A DNA stretch of 64,000 nucleotides, taken from Amoebidium appalachense. Lineage: Eukaryota; Protista; Ichthyosporea. The position numbers were made by a program, and so were the translations under genes. The DNA is taken from NCBI GenBank assembly GCA_963693365.1, contig CAVNZM010000002.1, forward strand, positions 10,100,328 through 10,164,327, given 5' to 3'. The notes under the pieces were generated by a model. It was not told where the DNA came from. It saw nothing but the letters and a program-made list of their open reading frames with translations, and made no database searches. Of this stretch, positions 31,227 to 44,802 are shown piece after piece; positions within the stretch are counted from its first letter, which is position 1; the number at the start of each line of letters is the position of its first letter.

Positions 31227-33045
31227 GGAGAGAGAGAGAGGGAGAGAGTGTGTGTGTGTGCGTGTAGCAAGGGGAAGGAGCCTGGAAGGAAGAGAGGATG
31301 GACATGCAGGAGCCGAATCCTTGTTTTTTTGCGGGGCAAGGAAGGGTTGCTCAAGAAGAAAATGCATTTGAAGTGCATGGGTGGGGCAGGGGTAAGGATT
31401 TTAGCTGCTGTGCCAGAATTCAGCTGCGCACCTAACGGTACACAGTATAGAAATATTACGTGCATGCACAGGAGCCCATTGTTATCATCTGATTATATAC
31501 ACAATCACCATGACTTGATTACGGGCACTCACAAAGGGAAACGTTTACACACACAAAAAAAATCATTCTGCAAACAAATGTTAGTACTGATGTGCACGTG
31601 CAAACTCCCAATCTGAGTACTCTCTGCGTACCTGCAACTCCCCGGTGGCGCTTGGATACTGCACGTTAATAGTTGCGGCAACCTTTCCTAACCTATCAAC
31701 GTTCATGTTCAGCCGAGTCACCGCATTTGCTATTCTTGCCGTCGGAACACGCAAGAGTGTTGTTGGTGTCGCACGTACCACCCACTCTCGATAGTGGCCA
31801 ACCAACTCCCCGACGTAGCGCGTGAACGTCGGAAAGTTGGTGATTTGCACGTTGCAGTTGCCCAGCTTGCTGAATTGGATGCCGACGTAAAAGGAAGCGC
31901 GGCAGTTAGACCAGATTGCAATTGTGCGGTTGTGGAACTTGTCGCTGTGGCTGATGGCACTACACGAGCCAAACGTGAAGTCGCTGAGCTGTAGCAAGTG
32001 AGTTTTAGTTTTAAGTTTTCGTTTTCGTTTTCTTTTTCTTTTCTTTTTTTTTTTGTTTTTTGTTTTTTTTGTTTTTTGTGTGTGTGGTGTTGTGCGTGTG
32101 TGTGTGTGTGTATGTGTGTGTGCGTGTGGGGGGGGGGGGGGGGGGGGGGGGGGAGGCGGGGAGGCGGGGAGTTGTGGTAGTCGTTGCCACGTTCTTTCCA
32201 TTAACTTCCCTTCCGCTTCATTACATTTTCCCTTTTTGGGAAAGAACCAATGACTCTTGTCAGGTGACAAATCTCATGATTACAAGAGCATAGACTATTC
32301 TCTTAGCGAGAAAGCTCTTCATCATGCTGAGATATTATTTTGTCCCTTCAATGTGAGAGGCATCGAGCTGGTCCTAAGACTTCGGAAAGGAGAAGGGAGA
32401 TATTATTTTGTCCCTTCAATGTGAGAAGCATTGAGCTGGTCCTAAGACTTCGGAAAAGAAAAGCGACGTCAAAATGTCCTTCTGGAAACACAACGTCGGT
32501 ATGTAACTGGAGTAATTTCTGGACATTATCACAAGAGACGAAAGACGACCGCAACTTACCATGCGTGACGAATACCAAGGACCCATGTCCGTGACTATGT
32601 CCACAAAGCCCTCCTTGACTGCTGCTTCTGTGACGTTGATGCTAAAATTCGCCCGCAGGGCTGTAGGGTCAAGCAGACTGCACGTCCTGCCCGTGCGCAC
32701 ATCCTGAACGGATATCGCCTCAATGGAGACGTTCCAGTTCTGTAGAACGAAAACTGCACCACCCACAAAGCGAGAGTCGACGGAGATAATGGTAGCCGCC
32801 CCCAGGCCACGTATGGTCATTGGGCGGGTTATTGTGATTGTCGCTGTCTCGGCGTAAACTCCGCTACCAAGTACGAGGGTCGTGTGGTTGTCTGCCTGAA
32901 GGACTGCCCGTGAGAGCGTGTTAAGCCCCGGAGAGACGATTGTCGCGTTTCCTCCCCAGGCACAAACGCCCGGGGAAAGAAAGAGCAACAGCTTTATGAC
33001 AAATAGGCTGAGTGCCCACCAGGCACTGACCCCACCTGAGGGCAT
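27961..33045 (-). CDS. Type-I membrane glycoprotein, 751 aa: signal peptide, beta-helix (pectin-lyase-fold-like) start, ZP-like ectodomain, RRRRRR cleavage site, TM, cytoplasmic tail
   Basis: Exons 33045-32560 (ATG|GTAAGT), 31988-31632 (CTACAG| and CAG|GTACGC) and 29373-27961 (CACAG|), all phase 0. The spliced product aligns continuously with the intronless ORF at 47374-50484, including across both junctions (PWYSSRM|LSDFTFGSC vs PWRARQMLVGVTVGSC; ELQ|AAITRVD vs DVSASLARLD). Signal peptide ...LLLFLSPGVCA; TM FVIVIAIASVLAALVCCFGIVLAVVW followed by RWR. The ZP label is an inference. Confidence 0.88.
29480..31260. repeat. ~1.8 kb (GA)n / poly-G tract filling intron 2 of the minus-strand gene
   Basis: Directly visible; lies between splice sites at 31632 and 29373. 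Confidence 0.93.
32328..32457. repeat. ~69-bp-period tandem duplication in intron 1
   Basis: GAGATATTATTTTGTCCCTTCAATGTGAGA.GCAT.GAGCTGGTCCTAAGACTTCGGAAA occurs twice. Confidence 0.9.
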
Positions 33046-33927
33046 CTTTGAATAACTATTCTCAATCAATTAAGTGAATGACACTATGCCCGGGAGGGGT
33101 GGCCCCGTCAGAGCTCCCCTGCGTATATGTATATGTGACACAAGTTTCAAACCCCTGCCTAGTAGCTAAAACTGTTGTGCCTATTCTATATCCAGAATGA
33201 CCAAATGACTCCCTGCTGCAGTTTCGTCGGGAGAAAACACAACGATGAATCAGGCAAATGGAGTTATTAGGAAAACACTCTAACTTGGGAAAGCTAAAAG
33301 CGAAAACCCGAGGGCCCGAAAAAATGAAGAACTTGCAGGAAGGAGAACAAAGCCCAATTTTATGAAGAGGGAAAAAGAAGGAAACGTGAGTGGTCAGAAT
33401 CTAAGTCATCGAATGTAAGTTCAAACTTTGTGTCCGGATCCGATGTCAGTGATTGTGACAACTGCCCGCCGGTGCCACGGAATGTGAACATATCCATATC
33501 CTCTGATCAGTAGCCCCCGAGCCAGGAACGTGGTTCAAAATTTTTGATGGCCGGAAAGTCCAATCGCATCAGTCTGTCAGTGACCAAATGTACATATGGC
33601 CCACTGCAGAGGGCCTGCTCCTAACCCGGGGCTAAGGGATATCACCCCACCCCTGGGACATGCCACCCCTTGCCCACGGAAGCACACACTAACAGAGTAA
33701 TCCTCAGCCTTGAAGACGGACAGGCATTAGTTGAGCTTACTATAACCATTACTGCGCATGTTAATATTAGTTAGTAGTGCTGCACCGCGCGCCTCTCCCC
33801 GGACCTGTACGTGTCCCCTTGACCACTAGTATAGCGCCCTGCCATCGTTCTGAGATGTCACCGAGCACCTTCAAGGCTTCTATCTCAGTGGAACGCTAAT
33901 ATTCACATATACATGTCATGACACATC

Positions 33928-33971
<44 letters not shown>

Positions 33972-34531
33972 CCCCCTCCCCCCCCCGCCCCCGGCCCTCC
34001 CCCCCCCCCCCCCCCCCCGACACAAATTTTTTTTTAGAAGACAAAAAGCTGAGGAAGATGATTGGGACACGTGTTAGAAATATAAAAGGCACATGGTTGC
34101 AAGGGCCACTGTGCTGTCCTGCCCATCCCGGGGGTACCGTACAGCAGCGCTGCCTTACTATGGCGATCACGTACCGTCCGTTTCACGCAGTAGACCTACA
34201 TGTACATAATGTAAACCACTTACTAAGTTCATATGATGGTAATGAGTTCAGTAAAATCTTGCACGAGCTACAATATATGTAGTGCCTCGAGTTGATCACA
34301 GTGACCGAGTCTTATATAATGATCAGCTGATCAAACTCGTGTACATCCCCTGTATATACTGTATATGTCACACCCATATATATGGAGCTGAGATGTGTGC
34401 ACCACTGGTGTCATGATGTACATATGCATCAATAAGGCCCAACTTCTTGCCAATTGAAATAAGGAAGGGGCCGGGCGAAGGGAGGGAGAGGGGGGGGGGG
34501 GAGGAGGAGGGGGTTGGGCGAAGGGGGGGGA

Positions 34532-34575
<44 letters not shown>

Positions 34576-35761
34576 GAGGGGGGAGGGGGGCTGTTGAACC
34601 GTTTGCACTGCCGCAATAAGTTCCATGATGTTGCGAACGTGCTATTTGCGCCCTATTTGCTTTCGATAAATTTTAAATGTGCGCCAATCAAGGCCTCTGA
34701 ATGCGCATAATGTGATTTGCATTTCTAAACTTAGCCAATGCCCAGGGTAGGGATTACGAACGAAAATCGTCGTAGTTACGATTAACGAGAGACCCCGATA
34801 CGAATAAGGCTGGGGTGCCGTCGTAACAGCTTTCGTATCAAATGTTTAGCGTAAAATATGCTCGACCATCTAATCTTGCCTATTCTTTCAATATTTCTGT
34901 TCAAGAACCTATCTGCAACCCTCTTGCTGTGCAATATCGAGCCCCGACCAGTGCTTAGGGCCTGTAATCCTGCAATACTCAGTTTGTTAAAATGCACATT
35001 TTGGAATGTTTGACTGGAGGGGCGTTTTCGACGGGGCTGAACGCTCCACAAGAACCCCCCCATTACGATTAAGAAATAGTCTGTTACGATTGGCCCAAGG
35101 GCCATACGGTTAGGCTGGTCAACCCTGCCAATGCCAGACTCTTTTTGCCGCATACTTCAGTCTGAACTTTTTATGGAAATTTTTCATTTTTATTGGTTAA
35201 CGGTGTGTAGCAACAAACGATTGGCTGCATTTTATCGAGCCCTGCATTCTTTTGTATGCTCCCAAGTTTTTAACATTATTATTAGCACATGATTGCTTTT
35301 TGTATTTAAGCCACACAATTATTACTAAAGGAGCGTGCTGCTTGTTTTTCCCTCTTCTTTCTTTCCTTTCATCCGCCGCTATTTACAACAAGCCGAAAAG
35401 TTTCATGAACCTTCGGATCACAAGCGTGGGGGCGGCGTATTGAGATGAATGTACACGAAGCCTTCCCATGGCCTGGCTCAGGTGCCCGCAGGCATTCGCC
35501 GACTCCCTAGATCGTTGCCCGAATTTTCACAGAATATCCCAGTTTGACCTAGTGCGCGTGCCCAAGGTCATCAGTACGGGCAAAAGGCTTTGAAGACAAA
35601 GTCAACTGTTGTGTTTATGTAGACATTAGTAGTCAATGTCGGCCCGCCTTGAGTGATACCGCGCATCATCAGTACTGTGAATTCGAACTCCAGTACTGTG
35701 AATTCGAACTTTGATGAACAGTCGACTTTAATAACCAAAGAACAATAGACAGCCTGCGACC
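33046..35761. promoter_or_regulatory. Divergent (head-to-head) intergenic region holding the promoters and 5' UTRs of the two flanking genes
   Basis: Inferred from gene orientation only (ATGs at 33045 minus and 35762 plus). No specific elements identified. Confidence 0.4.
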
Positions 35762-36431
35762 ATGCCTCCCTTTCTACACAGACTTGTTGGTTTACTGCTC
35801 GGTTTAGCAAGCACCAGACACTCATGTGCACAAACCACCACCAACACGACCCAGGGAACAACACAATCGATAACTCTGGCACCAGTTCCCTTATGCTCGG
35901 GCACTAACATTTCGGAAAACGTAATGGCCGCAGCGGATTACCAAGAAAACTCGCGAGGACTTCTTATGCGTGTGTATCCGAACTACGCGCCCCTTGCTAC
36001 TGCCAGCATCCCCACACGGAATGAATCTCTGGACGACGTGCACTTCACGCGTGTTGCGTACCCGCAACTGCTGTTGGCCTCGGGTGAAAGCATCAACACA
36101 TCAGGTAGAGCCTTTCCGTATTCACCGTTTATACCCTAGCAACAGTTACTGTTGTACCGGTACCCTTCACGTTTGCAATCAAACACGAACGTGACCTATA
36201 TGTAGCTAATATGCAGGCTTGGCTATATGATATATATTGATGCTTTCACCCGAGGCAACAACTGGCAGTAGCAGGGGGCGCGTAGTTCGAGTTGTTGCGT
36301 CAGCCTTACTCGTAGTGGTTAAGCATGATGACATCTCCTCATGGCACACGGTCACCTCACACTCAGGGCCACCCACACACAATGTCATCTAAGTAACTTA
36401 CACAGCACATAGTACACACACAAACCGAGCG

Positions 36432-36484
<53 letters not shown>

Positions 36485-36788
36485 AAAAAAACACACACGC
36501 ACACACACACAAAACACACAGGCACAGACTCGCAGGCACAGGAACACATGCAAACACACTGCATATTCACCAGGAATCAGCCTGGGCCACACATAGACAC
36601 CTGCAATCATTTCATTATGTTCAAGGCCGAAGTTCATGAATCATTACAGTGTCATGGCACGAAGAATGTGGTGGCATCCTAACACATGCACCGTTATACA
36701 AGTTCATGTGCGCATATACAGTTACTTTATGCATCACACACACATACGTACACACACACACACACACACACAAACACACAAACACGTG

Positions 36789-36821
<33 letters not shown>

Positions 36822-37610
36822 CGCACGCACACACACAATGTCGGTTGCAGACTTCCACAGCGTTGCATCACGCTACACATGGTCTACGCGGTTTCTGGTC
36901 ACATGGGAGGGCCGTCTGGTCGTGCCGTGCAGCGGCAACTACACATTCCGTGTGGCTGGGGATGACGGTATTCGTTTTGTGTTGAACGGAAAACAAATGC
37001 TGAGTTCCAACGCATGGGTACCTCAGGCTATCGCCTGGTATGCCTCGCCGACAGTATATCTGGAGGCTGGATCTGTCAACCAGATTAAACTGTCGCTCTT
37101 TCAGGTGTGATGATATTACCCCCGCACCCCTCCCCCCACAAAAACGTGACCAGGCACCTACCTACCCGCCCACTGCAACAAAGCTTGTGTGTTTTCGTAT
37201 CTTGTGGTGCGTACCCCTTGCCCGCGCCAGCATTGTGTGTGAAATTATGTCCTAGTGGCCATGGGTGGATAAAACTGTACCGAACTATCACATCAAGATG
37301 CAATAATTAGTTATGAGTTGCGTGAGGATCGTGTGTCATTCAGTCGTGGGTCCAGGAGAATTTAGCACAATTTTTACCGCTGTCAACCGAGGGGGATCTC
37401 GAGGGCGCCATGAGGGTCCCGGGGGGGGGGGGGGGGGGGTGCACGTGGGGGGGGGGGAGGGGGTCGACCAGAACGTTCGAGTGCGTGTGTGTTTTGGGGG
37501 GGGGGGGGGGGGGGGGAGGCAGAGGTTAATCACCTCCTTCCTTCAACTGCTGCGGGAATCACTGCGGGTATTGCACTGATACCAACCCCTCGTGCCTGAG
37601 CAAAAGCAGG

Positions 37611-37659
<49 letters not shown>

Positions 37660-37883
37660 ACCCGTCACAGGAAATTTTTGCATCGGGAATTTTTGCACTA
37701 AATCGTCGTCTCCCTAGACTGTTTAGAAAAAGGTGGCCTAACGTTGCTCTTAATGGAGTTCTGTCCCTGTTCTGTTTTTCTGAGTACTTTTTGCCTTGTT
37801 TAGGTGGCTGTGTGTTTCCTTGTAGGATTTCAGCACCATGCTGAACGTGTTCACTAGGTCGACCAACCTTCCACTTGCATTAA

Positions 37884-37918
<35 letters not shown>

Positions 37919-38148
37919 ACGTTACACCGTAAAGGGGGGTTTAGGGGGACATAAACCGACTTTTTTTTTGGCTGCGCAAAAAATGCTAGAAACTTGACGA
38001 AAACAGCTATTAGAAACGTGTTATTGATAATAAATGCTAACATGACCAATGAGCACGAAGACACCAGGTGGAACCGCCATTGACACAATAACTCAATCAT
38101 TACATCAACCTTCAGTGCAAAATTTTCCCAGTGCAAAAATTTACTGTG

Positions 38149-38181
<33 letters not shown>

Positions 38182-38253
38182 ACGTGCCCCCACCCCTCCC
38201 CTTGCCCCTGCTCCCGGCTCCCTTCCCATGGCTTTTCTGATCCACCCCTCCAT

Positions 38254-38290
<37 letters not shown>

Positions 38291-39031
38291 CCCCGCCCCA
38301 ACGCCTCAACTGTTTCCTGTCTTCCCATTAATGCCACACACGTGCCTGATTGAAACTTATTTAATCTAAATACATGATCCACAGGTGACCGGACACGTAG
38401 CGTTGTACTTCCAGTGGCAGCGGCCTGGCCGCAATCAGACGTTTGATTTTGTGCCCCAACGCTATATGATTCCGTCCACAGGCCCAGCCGTGCGCGTGTC
38501 ACGGTACAACGTCCTCAACGTGAATGCCACCGGAGGCCCCGGCTCATTCGACGTGGTATGGTGCTCATTATAACCTCATAAAGCTCAACCAGTGCGCATT
38601 GCTTAATCTTATATTTTTAATGTTGAATGTTTTAATGTTGATTGTTCTGCCCGTACCAGAGTCTAAGTACGTATGTTTAGTATATTACCGTGCCAGGGCA
38701 AATATGTGGCGCCTGACTCGGTCACTAAGTCTTAGTATCTCTACTGTAGGTGCCAATATGCCCAAGTTGACATGGCAAAATGCACAAGTACACGCATGTT
38801 AGCCACGTCCGTCGGCAGTTCTTGAACTGCACACACAGTTGCTGATTCCGCTTCACTAAAGCTATTAACCTATTAACCATTCCCCATTCTTTTCCAAGTT
38901 CCTCCTTTCCCACAGGTTTTCTCCCACATTCCCCCCTAACCCCCCCCCCCCCCCCCCCCCCCCCCCACCCCCAGTTCCAGCCCCTTCAGAATCTCTCTTT
39001 CTCACTCCCTCTCCCTCGCTCTCTCTCTCTC

Positions 39032-39107
<76 letters not shown>

Positions 39108-39116
39108 CTCTCTTCC

Positions 39117-39165
<49 letters not shown>

Positions 39166-39716
39166 AAAAAAAAAGGTAGCTGTTAAAAAGATTCAAACAA
39201 AACAGTACAGAAATCTTACTAGGTCAACCATCTCCCAACCACCTTGCATGGGAAGGAAAAAAAAATATTTAAAAAAAGAAAAAAACTCCATTACTTTCCC
39301 ACCTCCCTCCCCTTCCCCATTCTCCCTTCCCCTCTCTTTCTCTCTCTCTTACCCCCCCCCCCCCCCCCCCCCCCCCCATCCTCCGCTCCTTGCCCCTCCC
39401 CTTCCCCCCCCCCCCCCCCCCCCCCCCCCCCCTTTCCACCACCCCCCTGCAGACTCTTTCGGAACGCCCAGCCAGCAACGTAGTCGTTAAGATTGCCAAC
39501 CCTTCACCGGATATGCTCGGTTTCGACCGGTGCCAAATCCTCTTCACCCCCTACACGTGGAACAACCCGCAAACCGTTTCGGTCGCCATCAAGCCAGGCG
39601 CCCCGGGGTCACGGTCTGTTGACGACCGGACACCCATGCTTGTGATGCTGAATGCTTCCAGCTCCCTGGACCAGTATGATGGCGCTAAGGGTCTAGTGCA
39701 GGTACCACCTTTTACC

Positions 39717-39782
<66 letters not shown>

Positions 39783-40414
39783 ACACACCACACACCCCTC
39801 TTTTCTCTCCTCTCTCCTCCTCCCCTCCCCCACAACTCTCCTCTCTCCCATTAAAGCTCCTCTCCACCCCCTTGAGTCCCTTCTCTTCCTTTCTCACGTT
39901 CCTTTCCTCCCCCTCTTCCCCCCCAGCACACCCTCCCACCGTGTGTGCATTTTGGAGAATCTGAATTGTATTTTTCGTCAGGAATGTGTACTTGGTAATC
40001 TTTAGCAAACTCTGACCCCGCCTCGCCTGGTCTCCCCCTTACCCACCCACCCACCCCACCACCCACCCACTGGCCAGGGGAAAAAACAACTTGAAACAAA
40101 CATACCGAAAAAATGCGGGGGGAAATTTTTTTTTTAAAAAAATTTATTAGTCTCTAGCTGAAGCTGCTCGTAGGCAAGAATTAATTGCAAGCCATAGACA
40201 TTTATGTTCCTCCCCTCCACCCCATCCCCAGCCCCACCCCCAACCCCACCGCCAATAAGACAATTCTGCCCCAGTTATCTCTTCGGAACCGTTTCCCTCT
40301 TGCTCTCTATCCTCCGCCTCTCTTTCGCCCCAGCCACCCTCCCTTTCCCTCCCTCTCACACACACACTTTCTCTTGCCCTCCCCCTGAGGCCCATCCCCT
40401 TCTTCCTCTCTTCT

Positions 40415-40509
<95 letters not shown>

Positions 40510-40903
40510 ACTTTCCCTTTCCCGACAGCAGCCTCCCCTCTCTTCATCTATACCATTCCCCATCCCACCCATCCTCCTTCTAGTCATGTTTTCAAATCAC
40601 CACTCCTGTGCCACCGATTAATCGTAGCACGTTATGCGGGAGTTTATGACAGAGCCCCCCCCTTCCGCCTCCTCACTCTCTTCCCTTCCCCCTTCGGATT
40701 CCCTAGTGAACATGTAGAATTTGTTAAAGATGCCTCTTCCCCAACCCCCCCCCTCCCCCCTCCCCATCTGCACCGCCAAACCATTTTCCCTGACACCCCA
40801 ATTTTCCATACCTTCTTTAGTGCTTATTGAAGGAACGGCTTTCAGGCCTTTAGTTATTCAGAGCCTATCTACCCCGTTGCTGAGCTCGCACAGTGACGAA
40901 TTA

Positions 40904-40970
<67 letters not shown>

Positions 40971-41837
40971 GCGCCTTTAGATCATAAACCCGTCGCAGTC
41001 ATCTGTCAACCCGACCACGTGTGTTGGCTACGGTGACCCCCACTACACAACATGGGATGGAGCCCACTATAACCTGGTATGCATTCCCCCCCCCCCCCCC
41101 CCCCCCCCCCTTTCCAGTGCTTTATACAGTCCGCCTTTCCCTCCCCTCCGGGCCTCCTCCCCCCTCCCCCCCCCTCCCTTCCCCTGTCACAGGACATTTT
41201 TGCACCGGGCAAGTGAGCACTAGGATGCCTCCTCAGACTCTCAGGGCACCGCAGACACGGCCCGTTAATGCCGCATCAACTAACACTGCGCACGCACAGT
41301 ACCTTGCAGGAGTGTTCACAATGGCAAGGGATTATCCCGGTGACTTTGTCGTTCAGACCCACCTGGCCCCGTGTGATCCAACCGCCAAGGTCACGTGCAC
41401 ATTCCTCGCCTACCTAAAATGGAAAACAAGCGTTCTGGTGGTTTCCATGGACGGCCTCAACCCTCTTAACGCAGTCCCAAACGTAGCTGTGGTTACTGGT
41501 GACGGCGCGGAGGTATCTGTAGAGCGGGTGAGAAACAGCGAGATCACAATGAAGCTGCCGACGGGCGTCGAGGTCAATGTACGGGTTGGATTTTTTCGCA
41601 TGTGGACCGTTCCATTCTGGCGCTATCTTTCTCTGTAAGTTTCCCAGACTATCATCACAGTTCCCTAGATCCCCCCCTACCTCTCTCCGCCCTCTTCCCT
41701 TCCCTTGCCCTTACCCCGAAGAGGAGAGAGAAAGAGACTACGAAAGAGTGTGTAAGGAACAGAGGGAGTGAGGGGGGAGGGGGGGGGGGGAAAGAGAGAG
41801 AGAGGGGAGGGTGGGGGAGACTCGGACAGGGAGAGAG

Positions 41838-41878
<41 letters not shown>

Positions 41879-42066
41879 TTTGTGTGTGTGCACAAAATCA
41901 AAGAGAAGGTTGGCCCCGGTCAGCATGTAGTAGTTCTCTGGTGCTCAACCATGTTATCGGCCGAATCACTCATTGAACCAGTCATTCCCCTGTGATCCCA
42001 CTCCCCCCCCCCGCCCCCCTCCCCACCCCATCCCCTTTTTTCCCGTCCGTACACAACAACCACACA

Positions 42067-42120
<54 letters not shown>

Positions 42121-43180
42121 ACATACACACAGGTACATCACCGCGCCTGGGTCCCAACAACGACTAATTACGGGCCTCTGTGGGAATTTCGACGGCAGTG
42201 ACACAAACGATGCCACGAGCTCCACTGTTCTCAACACAACGTGGTTCGTGCCCCAAAGCCAGCAAATGCACCGCGGTAACGGCCAAGCTATTCCAGCCTT
42301 AACCAACCCAAACCCCCCCACAGTCAAGCTTGGCGGTTCCACAACAACGAAAACGATCACTACCGTCAGCCCCCTTAACTTCACCCTAGATCCCCTGTGC
42401 AGTGGCATGTCCCAACCCAGGACCATTGTGCCTGACCGGGGACCCCCCGAATTTATTGAGCCCCCCCCTGTGCCAGCCAATTACACGCCGCTCTCGGTCA
42501 ACGTCGCGGTGCCCGCCAACGTCACTAATTCGTGCCAGCAGTACATCAACCCCACCGTCTGCCCCAACCTGAACGCATCGACAATCAATGCATCCGTTTC
42601 AGCGTGTGCAACGGACGCTTTCCTTGCTGGGGGGATGGCTACGCCGGACCTCGCCGCTCCGTTTGTTGCTCTCTGCGACACGTCCACGTCCATCAAGATA
42701 TCTTCAAACTGCAAAAACTGCACTGCTAAGCAGACTTGCGTCGGGGGCGTTTGCGTCACCACGGTTCCCCCTTGCGGCGGCATGTGTGACCCGATAGGTG
42801 GCACGTGCGTAAACAGCACTTGCGTGTGCAAGCCGAACTACTACGGGCCTGCGTGCGACGTGTACGAACAGCGATGCGGCAACCTCGTCTGCACGAACGG
42901 AGGGACCTGTGTGAACAGCACCTGTGTGTGCCCGGCACAGTTCACCGGTGCGCAGTGTGAACGGATAAGCACAGTCACGTGCGCTAGCAACCCGTGCCAG
43001 AACGGCGCCATGTGTGTCCAAAACAGCACGGGCCTTCAATGTTTGTGCGCCCCTGGATGGGAGGGGGACAGATGCCAAATCAACAGTCGGAGGTTGGCGA
43101 GGGCCATTGCCACCGGCAACATTTGCTGCATCCGCAAAGCCAGGGCTGACATTCAACGTGTAGATCTGAGGGCTAGCTAA
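35762..43180 (+). CDS. Secreted PA14 / Ig(Calx-beta-like) / von Willebrand factor type D / EGF-repeat protein, 831 aa
   Basis: Seven phase-compatible GT-AG exons: 35762-36104, 36851-37104, 38385-38555, 39453-39701, 40981-41076, 41300-41634, 42133-43180. Signal peptide [18 protein letters not shown]14 motifs [29 protein letters not shown] and FQWQRPG. Ig/Calx-beta-like TLSERP...[17 protein letters not shown] motifs [14 protein letters not shown] and [16 protein letters not shown] repeats [31 protein letters not shown] and [24 protein letters not shown]. No TM seen. Confidence 0.9.
36237..36289 (-). repeat. Inverted, internally deleted copy of exon-1 sequence inside intron 1
   Basis: Reverse complement equals 35979-36006 (1 mismatch) joined to ~36072-36096 (1 indel). 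Confidence 0.85.
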
Positions 43181-43333
43181 GTCACGAGAAAAAAAGTATT
43201 AATGTATAAGCTTTAAAAGAAATAGAAAAAAAATCCACGGCGGGAAATTTTACTTTTTCAAAGGAGACCTCAGGGGGAGAGGGGTGGTTGGGTTGGGTTT
43301 GTGGGGGGACTGGTGTGTGTGTGTTGGTGTGTG

Positions 43334-43371
<38 letters not shown>

Positions 43372-43982
43372 TTTGGATGTCTTAGTGATCGACAATTATT
43401 GCAGTAAAAAGTCATTAAGTTGGAGTTGGAATCACTTGTCATCAGGCTGATGGCTCTGAGTCATGTTTACTTTGCTTTACGCACATGTTCCGAGAAAGAG
43501 AGATTTTGTGGGGGGGGGGGGGGTTATCATTAATATTATTCGATGCGCTTGTCCTATATACCATCATGATAACATTTTGGACAGGCCACCAGATTTGGCT
43601 GATTTCGTAGCGATGTTATCACCCCAGAGGCTTCTTTTTTTTTCCTTGTCGCAAAACAAATACTCCTGAAAGCTCATGATTTTTACTATTTCAAGTTTGT
43701 TTTGTAGAAACAATCCTTAGCCCTGCAGGCAGTGCCGCAGCCATAAAATCTAGCCAGTGAAGTAACAAAACTACCCTTCAATTGAATGAGTATGTACCTA
43801 TAGTATACCAAATGCTCGTGATAGATTGGCTAACTTGGGTTTGGTAACATCTGCCATCCGATTGCATGATACTCCTTAACCCCTGTCCCGGCGTTGGACT
43901 GGTCAAACAAGCGAACCAGGTCCTTTGAGTTTCCTATAACGACGTCGACCTTATCGTGTTGTGCACAACTGATGTCTGTAAC

Positions 43983-44065
<83 letters not shown>

Positions 44066-44112
44066 CTGTACACACACATACTATCACACACACACGCACA
44101 CACCCGCACACG

Positions 44113-44117
<5 letters not shown>

Positions 44118-44162
<45 letters not shown>

Positions 44163-44277
44163 CTGAGAGAGAGGAGAGAGACTCTACTATCACACACACA
44201 CGCACACAAGAGAGAGAGAGAGAGACTCTGAGAGAGAGGAGAGAGACCGTCCTACTATCACACACACAGGCTCACAC

Positions 44278-44315
<38 letters not shown>

Positions 44316-44378
44316 CTGAGAGAGACTCTGTGAGAGAGGAAAGAGACTCTACTATCACACACACACGCACACAAGAGA

Positions 44379-44427
<49 letters not shown>

Positions 44428-44442
44428 CTCTACTTTCACACG

Positions 44443-44490
<48 letters not shown>

Positions 44491-44756
44491 CTGAGAGAGA
44501 GGAGAGAGACTCTGAGCTAGAGACTCGGAGAGAAAGAAAGAGAGAGAGAGAGAGACTTTCCAAGAAAGAGGGGGAGAGTGTAGGAGAGACGAGAGAGAGA
44601 GACCGAGAGCTGCTCTCGGAGCATCGAAAGAGAGAGAGATACTGTCTCGGATAAAGAGGCTGGATAGATAGATAGAAAGAAACTTTGAAGGGAGAAGGGG
44701 GGGAGAGAGAGGGGGGGGGGGGGGGGAGGGGGGGGAAAAGAGAGAGAGACTCGGGA

Positions 44757-44802
<46 letters not shown>

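Noticed and set aside
29374-31305. N-terminal ~640 aa of the 1114-aa ORF (poly-Ser/Leu/Pro, extensin-like)
   Set aside because: It is translation of an intronic (CT)n/poly-C tract. A CACAG acceptor at 29373 and alignment with the intronless paralogue show the real exon starts there.
34782-35153. 123-aa non-repetitive ORF in the divergent intergenic region
   Set aside because: No recognisable motif, splice support or paralogue; this length is plausible by chance.
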